From a virus, in the IMG/VR virus record IMGVR_UViG_3300027747_002377, positions 1-64,000 of that record: a DNA stretch of 64,000 nucleotides; one strand, written 5' to 3'. The notes under the pieces were generated by a model. It did no database searches. It was given only the letters and a program-made list of their open reading frames with translations, and had not been told where the DNA came from. Both the position numbers and the translations under genes were made by a program. This document shows positions 8,664 to 17,283 of this stretch, one piece after another (positions within the stretch are counted from its first letter, which is position 1; each line of letters begins with the position of its first letter).

Positions 8664-9689
8664 TCATTCCATAACCAGGAGCTTCTGACGGAACACATCA
8701 GGGTTTTGTTGTGCTGCGTTCAGATAGCGCCAGGCATTGGCAGGATCACGCTCGGCAAGGGAACCAAAGCTATTCCAGAAATCAGCTGGAACGCCTTGTG
8801 TTTGCTGAGGTTGGGGAGGAAAGGGCATCTCAGGGCGCTGATACTGAGGAGCAGGAGCAGCAGCAGGACGCGCAAACTGTTGACCAACTGATTGACCGTA
8901 AGCTGGAGTTTCATCAGGAATCGGGTAAGGACCGTTTTCACCGAAGAATTCACAGGTGTAGTCAGCAAGTACGTCAGGATCGGTAAGAATTGTCTCATAA
9001 GCACGATGCTCATTAGACAGTTCTTGCAGAAGATTTACTGCTTGAACCAATTGATTATTGGTTACAATAAGAGCATCTTCAATACGGCAAGCATAATCAT
9101 TAAGGATGGCAGGAGCGTCTGCACCAAAATGATCAATTACGTTAAGACTTTCTTGACTTACTCCGCTTGCTTGGGCCTGTTGCTGGAGGCTGGGTGCCGG
9201 TGAGGTTTGGGAATAACCGTTGGAGTACCCCTGGCTGTTGTTGATCCCAGGCGTATAGATCTCCGTCCCCTGGTTGCTGTACTGGGGAACCGCTTGGGAA
9301 CTGTAGTTGGCCGGAGCGTACTGAGTACTCGTTTGAGACTGTTGACCCTGGAACGGGAACTGAACTGGAGAGCTCAGGAGTCCCACTACCCTGTTGAACG
9401 CCTCCTTGTACGGATTCTCCGCCTGCGGGGCTTGTGGGGCCTGTGGGGCTGCCTGGTAGGCTTGGGGGTACGACGCTGTAGGGGCGTATTGGGACGGGCT
9501 GACCCCCATCTGGGCCTGCATTTGCGGGGCTGGGGCCGTTGCCTGCTGGTAAGGCGCCACCCATTGGGAAGTTGTTGAAACTACCGGAGCCTGGGCTGCC
9601 GTTTGTGCTACCGGAGCCGCGTAGCTGATCGGTTGGGTCTGAGATACTTGGGGTGCCGATTGGATCGGCATTGCGGTATCGGCCTGCAT
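8664..9689 (-). CDS. Putative capsid scaffolding protein
   Basis: Gln/Pro/Ala-rich disordered N-terminus plus coiled-coil core, between portal and MCP. Confidence 0.65.
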   Translation of the reverse strand: MQADTAMPIQSAPQVSQTQPISYAAPVAQTAAQAPVVSTTSQWVAPYQQATAPAPQMQAQMGVSPSQYAPTASYPQAYQAAPQAPQAPQAENPYKEAFNRVVGLLSSPVQFPFQGQQSQTSTQYAPANYSSQAVPQYSNQGTEIYTPGINNSQGYSNGYSQTSPAPSLQQQAQASGVSQESLNVIDHFGADAPAILNDYACRIEDALIVTNNQLVQAVNLLQELSNEHRAYETILTDPDVLADYTCEFFGENGPYPIPDETPAYGQSVGQQFARPAAAPAPQYQRPEMPFPPQPQQTQGVPADFWNSFGSLAERDPANAWRYLNAAQQNPDVFRQKLLVME

Positions 9690-11418
9690 AGGTTACCTCT
9701 TTTTGTAGGCTTTCGAGAGTTCGGTAAAGGAACGGTGTGAGATCGAGACGGGGGTCCGCAGCCATCGGTAAATCCGGTTGCTGTGGATGCGGTGTCCTCA
9801 TTTCCCGGTTAACCAGGTCAATGAATGTGGACATCGCCTTCTGTACTTCACCTACCATACGGAATGGGAAACCGGAGAGCATGCCCGCGATTTCGTCGTC
9901 CGTTTTTGAAGGGAACAAATACTTCAGTGCTTCAATGCTATCAACACCTAATTCCTGTAGGTTACGTGTAAAGATAGATTGGTTAAGTTTGTCTTGAGCA
10001 GTGTCTTCATAAACAGGTCCCATCCAGCGCCAGCAGACCGTTCTATCTCCGTCTGGAGCAAGGCCAAGAACGCCAGGAGGTACCTGTTTTGTTTGTACTG
10101 CATTATCAATTGCAGCCTGTAAACTCTTTTCATACTTATCTTTTGCTTTCTCGTATTTGATTTTTAACTTCTCATCTTCTGGATCTTCTGGCGGGGCTGG
10201 ATACTGTAGTCCAGATTGGTACGCCATTGTTTTTCGGAAGATTTGTTCTTCCTGAAAAATCATTAATTCAAAACATCTACAGATACCGTATGTATAAATC
10301 TGTAAACATTTCTTTTTAGCTGTTGCACTTACGCGGCCATACGCTGATTTAATTTCAGTCGCAGTTACGTTTGTAATACTTAGATCATCAATGCCGCCAA
10401 GGGCTAGACGTATTTCAGAACGTAGTTGTTCTGCATACCTGGCCTGATCAGTACTAATTGCATTAGGTGTAATAAACCCTACACGATCTGCTGGCTCCAG
10501 GTTAGCAATAACACGAGGAACCCTCATGCCTGTACCAGGTTTTCCTAGGTAGCCAGGGGCTTGTCGTGTTACGTTGTCTTGGCGATAAGTAGAACTTGAT
10601 AGTGCAAAATCAGATTGGAAACCAGACTGGCTTGCAATGCTTGGTCGTTGTGCAACGTCACCATCTTTCTGTTCAATGATGTCTTGCTTAGGCCGAGAAG
10701 ACAGCAGTGTTGGGTTACCAAAGAAAGAAAGGTTTGCCCGAATGTTTTTAACCATCTCATCGTGTGCGATGATCTGATTACCAAGCCATTCAAACTCACC
10801 ACTACCTTCAGTGCCGAAGGCATCTGGATTATTAAATACTTCAACACATGGAATAAACTCCATGGTGTTTGCAACGGTTTTTTTGTTAAGCGTGGCAAAC
10901 TCCATTGGGGAGTCAAAGTTTAATTCTTGCTCGCTATGAAACTCTTCAATTTCAGTTGCCGTAATCCGTAGACGCATATACCGTTTATCGGTAGATAGGC
11001 CTACTCCAGAAAATCCTTTGTTGGATTTTACTTTATACGGGTAGATAATGATTACTTCATCTAGTTCACCGTCCGGCGTATAGTATGAACGGTATGCGTC
11101 TTTATCAAACCAATACAATCTGTACGTTTTTTTAGTGGGCCGTATATAGAACAGTCCTTTTCCGTACGAAAGAAAGCGATCCCAGATCGAATCCAACCTG
11201 GCATCAAGCTTATTAAATTTTAAAACCTGCTGGACAAAATCAAATCGTTGAGTACCGAAATTATCCTGATGCGGATAGAATTCCACGCCTTGGCGAATTC
11301 CAAACATACGCATCTGCGAAAGATGCGCGTTCACCAGCATGGTGTCCGCAGAGCCTTCTCCGTCTCGGCTGACGACAGACTTGAGGATAGAATCCAGTGC
11401 CGACTTGCTACCGCTCAT
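9142..11418 (-). CDS. Portal protein with Pro/Gly/Ser-rich C-terminal extension overlapping the scaffold gene
   Basis: 758 aa, canonical position after terL, portal-like motifs (FIPCVEVFN, SEFEWL). Confidence 0.7.
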   Translation of the reverse strand: MSGSKSALDSILKSVVSRDGEGSADTMLVNAHLSQMRMFGIRQGVEFYPHQDNFGTQRFDFVQQVLKFNKLDARLDSIWDRFLSYGKGLFYIRPTKKTYRLYWFDKDAYRSYYTPDGELDEVIIIYPYKVKSNKGFSGVGLSTDKRYMRLRITATEIEEFHSEQELNFDSPMEFATLNKKTVANTMEFIPCVEVFNNPDAFGTEGSGEFEWLGNQIIAHDEMVKNIRANLSFFGNPTLLSSRPKQDIIEQKDGDVAQRPSIASQSGFQSDFALSSSTYRQDNVTRQAPGYLGKPGTGMRVPRVIANLEPADRVGFITPNAISTDQARYAEQLRSEIRLALGGIDDLSITNVTATEIKSAYGRVSATAKKKCLQIYTYGICRCFELMIFQEEQIFRKTMAYQSGLQYPAPPEDPEDEKLKIKYEKAKDKYEKSLQAAIDNAVQTKQVPPGVLGLAPDGDRTVCWRWMGPVYEDTAQDKLNQSIFTRNLQELGVDSIEALKYLFPSKTDDEIAGMLSGFPFRMVGEVQKAMSTFIDLVNREMRTPHPQQPDLPMAADPRLDLTPFLYRTLESLQKEVTYAGRYRNADPIGTPSISDPTDQLRGSGSTNGSPGSGSFNNFPMGGALPAGNGPSPANAGPDGGQPVPIRPYSVVPPSLPGSPTGPTSPAGGESVQGGVQQGSGTPELSSSVPVPGSTVSNEYSVRSGQLQFPSGSPVQQPGDGDLYAWDQQQPGVLQRLFPNLTGTQPPATGPSKRSKSRKS

Positions 11419-11442
11419 TTGTGGTTAGTACCTGTTTCTATA

Positions 11443-11625
11443 TTATGCCTCAACTTCGTAACCGGCGTGCAGCCTTTTGAGTGTAATCACATCGTCCTCT
11501 ACCTCGACATCAAACCGTTCCCCAGGGGTAAGGGACATGTCGTGACAGAGTTCGTCGGGAAGTGGAAGCAGGGCAGAGCCGTAAGCGTCCTGTTCAAGCT
11601 CGATGACGTAGTAGCCGGTAGACAT
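11443..11625 (-). CDS. AbrB/MazE-like swapped-hairpin DNA-binding protein
   Basis: LLPLPDELCHDMSLTPGERFDVEV pattern. Confidence 0.65.
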   Translation of the reverse strand: MSTGYYVIELEQDAYGSALLPLPDELCHDMSLTPGERFDVEVEDDVITLKRLHAGYEVEA

Positions 11626-11655
11626 TGCTGAGTGGTTTTATAAGTTTAAGTTGCG

Positions 11656-14118
11656 TCAATACTCTAACTCTAGTTTTCCTCTGGTCATTAAACCATTACA
11701 AAGCCAAACGAGAGCGTCGACACAATCGTCGTGGGAGCTGACACCAAAATTTACAATCTCATCAGTTAGAGCCATAAATTTGCGGTACCTGTTAAAGACT
11801 AGCTTACGTTGCTCAAATAAACCCATAATCCCCCTGAAACGTGCTACTTTGTCCCCGCGAAATCCTTTGACCGCATGCCAGTTAATGTTGTAAAGACCGT
11901 GGTCACCTTGGCATATCCTCCTGAAGTCTGCCTCCAGGGATGCCTGATATGCAACTGCTTCCGACCAAACATCAATGCTGCTTCCGGTTGGGTGGTAATC
12001 ATTACCGTCTTTATGCACTACTCCCCATTCATACAGCATTTCCATTAAAGCTTCGAGTTTTTCTAGGTTTCCCATGATGCGAATTCGCTTGCAATCAATA
12101 ATGTGAATTTTGTCCCCTACTCTTCCGCCCATAACAAACACGGTGTAGTCATTACGTTCTCTTACTCCAGCAGATAAATCAACGCCAATACCAAGTGAAT
12201 CAAAGTGCGTAGAAATTTGACCCTTAACAATTAAGTCAGGTGAGATAGATAGTTCACTGGTCTGTACGATTTGATTTTGATACTGAAAACTAAAACTGAT
12301 TGGAGCTTGACGGCGGCGATCTTGAAGGTATTCAAGTGACCACATTTCAGGCCAATAAGAAACTTCGTCGCCTTGTTCGTCTACAGTAATGGCAGATTGG
12401 ACAATCTGTACCCAATCGTTGCCAGGGGTGAAGGTACTGGCATGAACATCATCATGACGGAACCTAGTACCTAGACAGACTGCACGTCCACCTTCAAACA
12501 TTGTTGGTGTGATAACTGAGTTCCAGTTATCCTCCATTGCCACTCGGATATCCCTGTTCTTAATGTCGTCAGAGCTCTTAATCGGGTCATCTATTATACA
12601 ATTTGCTACACAGAACTTACCTTTACCCGCAAAGAAGTTATGGTTTGTGGATCTTGTTTCAAGGTCATAGACATACTCCTCTCCGCTGCTAATTTCTGAA
12701 ACGGCGGAAATGGTAGCTCCACTATCTTTGCTTTTTCTGCTAATTGATGATAGCTTGTATGGCAGGGCCTGCAGACAGTAATTAAATTCTGTAATACGTT
12801 GTTCTTCGGATTTGCATCGATATGGTGCACAACTAAGTTGGTTCTTACGTGTTGATTTTTTGCAGTCAACATTTGTTCCTTGATATTGCATAGAGAACAG
12901 GTCATATTGTCCCTTTTTAAAATTAATTCTCGCAGCTCCGGTAGTTTTGGCCTGCTCATGCCGTGCCGCCAATTTGAGTTCCACTTCCCCTTCATCATTC
13001 TGGAATGAACTTTGGAGGAACAAATTTTTGTACAGTAGACGCTTTCCGAGTTTCTTGGTTGGAAACTCTGATTGCATTCTGGGCAAATCTTTGGAAACAA
13101 AATTTGTTTGTATTTTCCTGCACACTTCTTTGAACAGAAAAACATTTTTATTTTGCTGTTTCGAGATAGCTGTCTCCAGTTTGTATTTACCTGAAAGCTT
13201 GTTTGACAGGTTGGACAACTTGTTTTTATTTTTATCTTGAAGGCAATCGGAATAACTAAGCAGCCGATCCCCAGCTTTGAGATCTTTGGCGCACACAATT
13301 CCCCGCCCTGGGATATAAAAAGGGTGTTCTGGGGTTGCCCGTATGAGATCTCCAGTGCTTGTTTCCACGTGGATAAACCGGTCGGCAAGGCGTCTAGACA
13401 CTGCGTGTATTCCTGACCACTCAACGGCACTTGTTTCTGGGTTGTATGTGCTGACTCTATAATCTTTTGGTTGTTGATACAGGTCATGGATTGGAATGGA
13501 GCCGTGTTGCGTATTGACAAGTGTATCACCTGTCAGGCATAAATGGCTACGCTTTGAGGTCACAGCACCTTTTAGTCCAGCGCAACAAAGAGTAAATTCT
13601 TCTTCACCAGTAGATTTAATGCCAGCAAACTTCCAATCAATACTCCAGTATTCGTTACTATTAATTCCTTTGGCAATCTTCACCATTGGAAATACTTCTT
13701 TGTATGTTTTACTTTCTTCTAAAATTCTTTTGATGGCTGCACTTTTAGGGCGAGCAACATCAACGGTATAAGAAATGTAAAGAATCTTTAGTGGTTTTTT
13801 ATTTAATGCGTGTACACCGATTGTCCATGCTGTGAACAAACCTAAAATGGTCGACTTGGCTGAACCCCGTGGTCCTAATATGTCTACGTTTGGTCCTGCA
13901 ATACCAATCAAGCACTCAGAATCATTTCCTGTGCATAGGTGCTGATGCCAGAGAAGGTGGTGAGCTGCTGGCGGTTTGTCGCCAACTACAGTACAGAAGT
14001 AAGCAAAGTCTACCCGTGCCCGTTCAATATCAATGTCGGAACTTTTTTTTACTACTTGTTGCTTTGCTGCAGCACGTGCAGTCCTCCGGTAAACGGAGTA
14101 TAGGGAAGTACCAGCCAT
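11656..14118 (-). CDS. terL: Terminase large subunit, intein-containing
   Basis: Walker A-like GPRGSAKST; Walker B (L|CIIDD) interrupted by an intein; GTRF coupling motif; RNase H nuclease motifs GVDLS and HDDCVDA. Confidence 0.93.
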   Translation of the reverse strand: MAGTSLYSVYRRTARAAAKQQVVKKSSDIDIERARVDFAYFCTVVGDKPPAAHHLLWHQHLCTGNDSECLIGIAGPNVDILGPRGSAKSTILGLFTAWTIGVHALNKKPLKILYISYTVDVARPKSAAIKRILEESKTYKEVFPMVKIAKGINSNEYWSIDWKFAGIKSTGEEEFTLCCAGLKGAVTSKRSHLCLTGDTLVNTQHGSIPIHDLYQQPKDYRVSTYNPETSAVEWSGIHAVSRRLADRFIHVETSTGDLIRATPEHPFYIPGRGIVCAKDLKAGDRLLSYSDCLQDKNKNKLSNLSNKLSGKYKLETAISKQQNKNVFLFKEVCRKIQTNFVSKDLPRMQSEFPTKKLGKRLLYKNLFLQSSFQNDEGEVELKLAARHEQAKTTGAARINFKKGQYDLFSMQYQGTNVDCKKSTRKNQLSCAPYRCKSEEQRITEFNYCLQALPYKLSSISRKSKDSGATISAVSEISSGEEYVYDLETRSTNHNFFAGKGKFCVANCIIDDPIKSSDDIKNRDIRVAMEDNWNSVITPTMFEGGRAVCLGTRFRHDDVHASTFTPGNDWVQIVQSAITVDEQGDEVSYWPEMWSLEYLQDRRRQAPISFSFQYQNQIVQTSELSISPDLIVKGQISTHFDSLGIGVDLSAGVRERNDYTVFVMGGRVGDKIHIIDCKRIRIMGNLEKLEALMEMLYEWGVVHKDGNDYHPTGSSIDVWSEAVAYQASLEADFRRICQGDHGLYNINWHAVKGFRGDKVARFRGIMGLFEQRKLVFNRYRKFMALTDEIVNFGVSSHDDCVDALVWLCNGLMTRGKLELEY
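12601..13539 (-). mobile_element. Intein in TerL (313 aa), inserted in the Walker B strand
   Basis: Block A CLTGDT, block B TPEHPF, block F YVYDLET..NHNFFA, ends VAN|C (penultimate Ala rather than His). Confidence 0.9.
12606..13529 (-). CDS. Zn-finger HNH homing endonuclease in an alternative frame inside the TerL intein
   Basis: CPTC, CSKKC, CPEC, CTKIC, then RDNMTCSLC...VHHIDANPKNNVLQNLITVCRPCH. Start uncertain (GTG 13529 or ATG 13487). Confidence 0.8.
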   Translation of the reverse strand: MIHLSIRNTAPFQSMTCINNQKIIESAHTTQKQVPLSGQEYTQCLDALPTGLSTWKQALEISYGQPQNTLFISQGGELCAPKISKLGIGCLVIPIAFKIKIKTSCPTCQTSFQVNTNWRQLSRNSKIKMFFCSKKCAGKYKQILFPKICPECNQSFQPRNSESVYCTKICSSKVHSRMMKGKWNSNWRHGMSRPKLPELRELILKRDNMTCSLCNIKEQMLTAKNQHVRTNLVVHHIDANPKNNVLQNLITVCRPCHTSYHQLAEKAKIVELPFPPFQKLAAERSMSMTLKQDPQTITSLRVKVSSV

Positions 14119-14142
14119 GCCATCAGCTTAGTGTACTAAACC

Positions 14143-14628
14143 TTAGGACTCTTCCGACAGAATCTTTGTCCAGACACCCATGGACGCTTCTTGAAGTGGG
14201 CCTTCAATTGGATCGTCACGGAAGATAGAAAGCATTTCCCTTAGTGCACGGTCTGCACCAGCAAGAATCAAACCTTGTTTATCGGTAAGAACTTTCTCGT
14301 CGTTGATCTGTTTAATTGAGCCACGCAATTCTTTTTGAAGCATGGCAATGCGGGAAGTTCCCATATCTTGTTTTACCATACCAAGATCAATTGCATCACG
14401 AAGTTTTGCAATGTCTTGCTGCATGGAGTCAACCTCTTCCTCTAGTAACGCATTAAAGTTTCTTTTTGGATATTCTTTCTTTGACCACTCGTCGCACTCA
14501 ACAATGCTACCTTTAAACCCGAGAAAACGGGCATAGAGGTACATTTGAATTGGTGTAGAGGTTTTTTTGCAAAATGCAAAAAAGGATTCGCGGTCTTTTT
14601 CAGTTAGGCTTTGAACCCATTTAATCAT
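14143..14628 (-). CDS. Candidate terminase small subunit
   Basis: 161-aa helical protein immediately upstream of terL; position only. Confidence 0.4.
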   Translation of the reverse strand: MIKWVQSLTEKDRESFFAFCKKTSTPIQMYLYARFLGFKGSIVECDEWSKKEYPKRNFNALLEEEVDSMQQDIAKLRDAIDLGMVKQDMGTSRIAMLQKELRGSIKQINDEKVLTDKQGLILAGADRALREMLSIFRDDPIEGPLQEASMGVWTKILSEES

Positions 14629-15257
14629 GATCTGTACTGGTTCTGGGCTTGTTCGTAATCCCTGTTTTCTTTATAGCGCCTGAACATCTCTTGTTGAAGA
14701 TCAGTGGTGCGTTGTTCAGTAGCTGTTTTGCCAATGGTCTCACGTTGTTGTTCGCCGGTGGTTTCAACTGTTTTTCTTTCTTCTGTACCGGAGGTCTGGA
14801 TACCAAGGCGTTGTTGTTCGCCTGATGTAACAGTACTTTTACGTGTTTCTTCACCAGTGGTTTGAATTCCTAACCGTTGTTGTTCGCCTGATGTGACTGT
14901 GCTCTTACGTGTTTCTTCACCAGTGGCGGCAATGCCGAGGCGTTCTTGTTCTCCTTTTGTTTGCGTTAATGCTGTTTCACCGGCAAAACGTGCTGCTGTT
15001 GATTTTCGTTCTTCTTCCCCTTGCGTGGCAAGTGTTAACCGCTGTTCGGCGCCTGCGGCTTGTGTCCGCCTTACGTCTTGGCCAGCAAAGAACTCCGCGT
15101 TGGTGCGATCAAGCTCAGCACCTACCTCCATATTGAGGCGTGTTTGAGCAGCGCTTACTTCCGCTAGATCTATTTGCCCCCTGTAGGACTGAGTAGGGAC
15201 GTCAACCTGTTGTGGATCAGGTGTTGCTTGCGGGAGAAGTACGGTTTCGTCTGCCAT
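14625..15257 (-). CDS. Internal virion-like protein with 11/22-aa tandem repeats
   Basis: GEQQRLGIQTTGEETRKSTVTS-type repeats. Confidence 0.7.
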   Translation of the reverse strand: MADETVLLPQATPDPQQVDVPTQSYRGQIDLAEVSAAQTRLNMEVGAELDRTNAEFFAGQDVRRTQAAGAEQRLTLATQGEEERKSTAARFAGETALTQTKGEQERLGIAATGEETRKSTVTSGEQQRLGIQTTGEETRKSTVTSGEQQRLGIQTSGTEERKTVETTGEQQRETIGKTATEQRTTDLQQEMFRRYKENRDYEQAQNQYRS

Positions 15258-15297
15258 GGTTGTGCCGTTCTATTTCAATAATATAGTAAAAATTATT

Positions 15298-15918
15298 TTA
15301 TATCCGGCGAAGGGAGCCACCTTGACCCATCATGTATGCAGCTGCTTGGGCTTGATTAGCGACAGCGTTTGCGCGTGCTGCTTCCCCTTGGGCGGCTGTA
15401 TAAGCTTGACCCTGCCTGGATGCCGCAATGTCTTGTGCGACGGCATTACGAGCCATCTGACGTGTCGGAGAGTTAATGTCCCATTGGAAGCTACCACGAA
15501 GGTTGCGCCGCTGAGCAGACTCGGCAGCTTGTTCTAATATTGGATACGTACCATACATTTGCTCAAGACTTAATTGAGCCGCCTGTTGGTTTGCTGCTTG
15601 AGCAAGTCGTAATTGACGAGGATCATTGTACTCGTTAAATTGAGATATTGATTTCAATAAGGGATCTAAAGACCCAATTGGATCGTATCCTGTTGGCAGA
15701 AGCGGGGTTTGTGACGGACGTTCTTGCTGAGCCATTGCAACAACTTGATCACGTTTTCCGCTTGAAAGATCTGTACCAACTACCGGAAACGGCAAAGTAC
15801 CGCCGTATATTTTTGACCAGTCAGTCTTTGCACCTGGTTGCCCAAATGTTTGACCTGAGAAGTCTGGATATGCGGATAATGGTTGAAACCAATTGCTTCC
15901 AGTATTGGTGAAGGCCAT
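15298..15918 (-). CDS. Gln/Ala-rich putative internal/ejection protein
   Basis: Composition and location. Confidence 0.5.
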   Translation of the reverse strand: MAFTNTGSNWFQPLSAYPDFSGQTFGQPGAKTDWSKIYGGTLPFPVVGTDLSSGKRDQVVAMAQQERPSQTPLLPTGYDPIGSLDPLLKSISQFNEYNDPRQLRLAQAANQQAAQLSLEQMYGTYPILEQAAESAQRRNLRGSFQWDINSPTRQMARNAVAQDIAASRQGQAYTAAQGEAARANAVANQAQAAAYMMGQGGSLRRI

Positions 15919-15920
15919 TG

Positions 15921-16718
15921 TTATGAATATGTATATTGTGAGGTAAGAGCAGAACCCATTTGAGCTGCTGCATTTAATCCCATGTTTTGTGCGGCAGTTT
16001 GACCACCAAGCATCATTTGGGCGGCGGTATCAATATTACGACGGATCTGAGCAGCTGCCATTTGACGTTGCATTTCAGTTTTTGAACGTGCTTCTGCGCC
16101 TTCAAATTGATATGGCATTATTTTTTTCATGCCCTCTAACTGGACGTCTTGTTGCATACGCTCTGCAAGAAGGGCAGCTTGTATTTGTCCGGTTGGATCC
16201 ACGACATTCCATGGGGACATTCCTTGTGCTTTAGATACGAGGTCACCAGGGACACCACCACCCTGTGAAACAAACTGACCGGAAGGTTGATTTTGTCCAG
16301 CCATAATTGCGCCAGTAGCGCCCACTGCTTGAGGAACTACACCAAGCGCCTGACCACCTATCTTGGAAACGCCGCCACCAAGTCCAGATGCCATTCCACC
16401 AATTAAAGGTGCAGCAACTGCTGCGCCTGCAAGAGGGATGCCAAGTTTCGCAATGTTATTTAATTGCGCTCCTGTTTTTGTCATAGGACCTATCCCACCT
16501 GTTCCACGTAATCCAGGCAACCCGGCTTGTCCAAGGGATTTCTCAGCTGCACCAAGTCCTTTAGCACCTAGCCCACCACCAAGATAGCCAAGTCCTCCAC
16601 CCATCAAGGCTTTGCCAACATCACCTTCACGGAGACCGGGCAGTGCTCCCATTGCAGCAGTGATATAAGGTAGCGCCTGCATTGCCATCCGGCCACCAGT
16701 TAAAAGAGCAGGTAACAT
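15921..16718 (-). CDS. Gly-rich putative ejection (DNA pilot-like) protein
   Basis: Gly-zipper segments, Gln/Met/Ala-rich helical C-terminus. Confidence 0.5.
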   Translation of the reverse strand: MLPALLTGGRMAMQALPYITAAMGALPGLREGDVGKALMGGGLGYLGGGLGAKGLGAAEKSLGQAGLPGLRGTGGIGPMTKTGAQLNNIAKLGIPLAGAAVAAPLIGGMASGLGGGVSKIGGQALGVVPQAVGATGAIMAGQNQPSGQFVSQGGGVPGDLVSKAQGMSPWNVVDPTGQIQAALLAERMQQDVQLEGMKKIMPYQFEGAEARSKTEMQRQMAAAQIRRNIDTAAQMMLGGQTAAQNMGLNAAAQMGSALTSQYTYS

Positions 16719-16759
16719 AATTTAGATCCTCTTGATTGTTATTTTAGGCGGAATAATCT

Positions 16760-17281
16760 TTATCCAAAATTACTGCCAATGCTTCCACCAAGTTTGGCAC
16801 CAATTCCCATGCCAGCTGGACCACCACCAAGTGCAAAACCTAATCCAGCACCTGCAATCTCTCCAATTGTACCTCCCCAGCCACTTTTCTGTTTAGAACC
16901 TCCGCCAGTAGTAAAACTAAACGGTTGTTGTTGTTGTTGTGGGGCATAAAGGGCCACGCCAGGGAGAATCTCACCCGCAAAACCGCTTTCTCCTATTTGC
17001 CTACGTCTACCAGTATCAAATGGATTTTTAGAAGACTCAGCTTGGCTTCTATATTTATCTTTTTCAAGTTGTTTTGATAAAGAACCAGCTACTGTTTTAA
17101 ATAACGATAAGTAATCAGTCTTAGGGTCACTTGTTCCTGAAGTACCCCAATCACTTGGTTTGGCTTCCCAGGAACCACCAGGTAAAGCAGTATCTGATCC
17201 GCTCCAGTCAATATTTCCTGGATCAAAGTTATTACTTTCATTCCAGCTTCCACTGGTTCCTATGTTAAAACCGTAAGCCAT
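16760..17281 (-). CDS. Putative ejection protein with C-terminal glycine zipper
   Basis: GTIGEIAGAGLGFALGGGPAGMGIGAKLGG. Confidence 0.5.
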   Translation of the reverse strand: MAYGFNIGTSGSWNESNNFDPGNIDWSGSDTALPGGSWEAKPSDWGTSGTSDPKTDYLSLFKTVAGSLSKQLEKDKYRSQAESSKNPFDTGRRRQIGESGFAGEILPGVALYAPQQQQQPFSFTTGGGSKQKSGWGGTIGEIAGAGLGFALGGGPAGMGIGAKLGGSIGSNFG

Positions 17282-17283
17282 GA

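Noticed and set aside
5756-9578. Plus-strand ORFs antisense to capsid and scaffold genes (5756, 7131, 8892, 9207)
   Set aside because: These are expected antisense open frames from biased codon usage, with no motifs or initiation signals.
14745-15080. CRISPR-like array
   Set aside because: The repeats are in-frame coding units with no unique spacers, and no cas operon is present.
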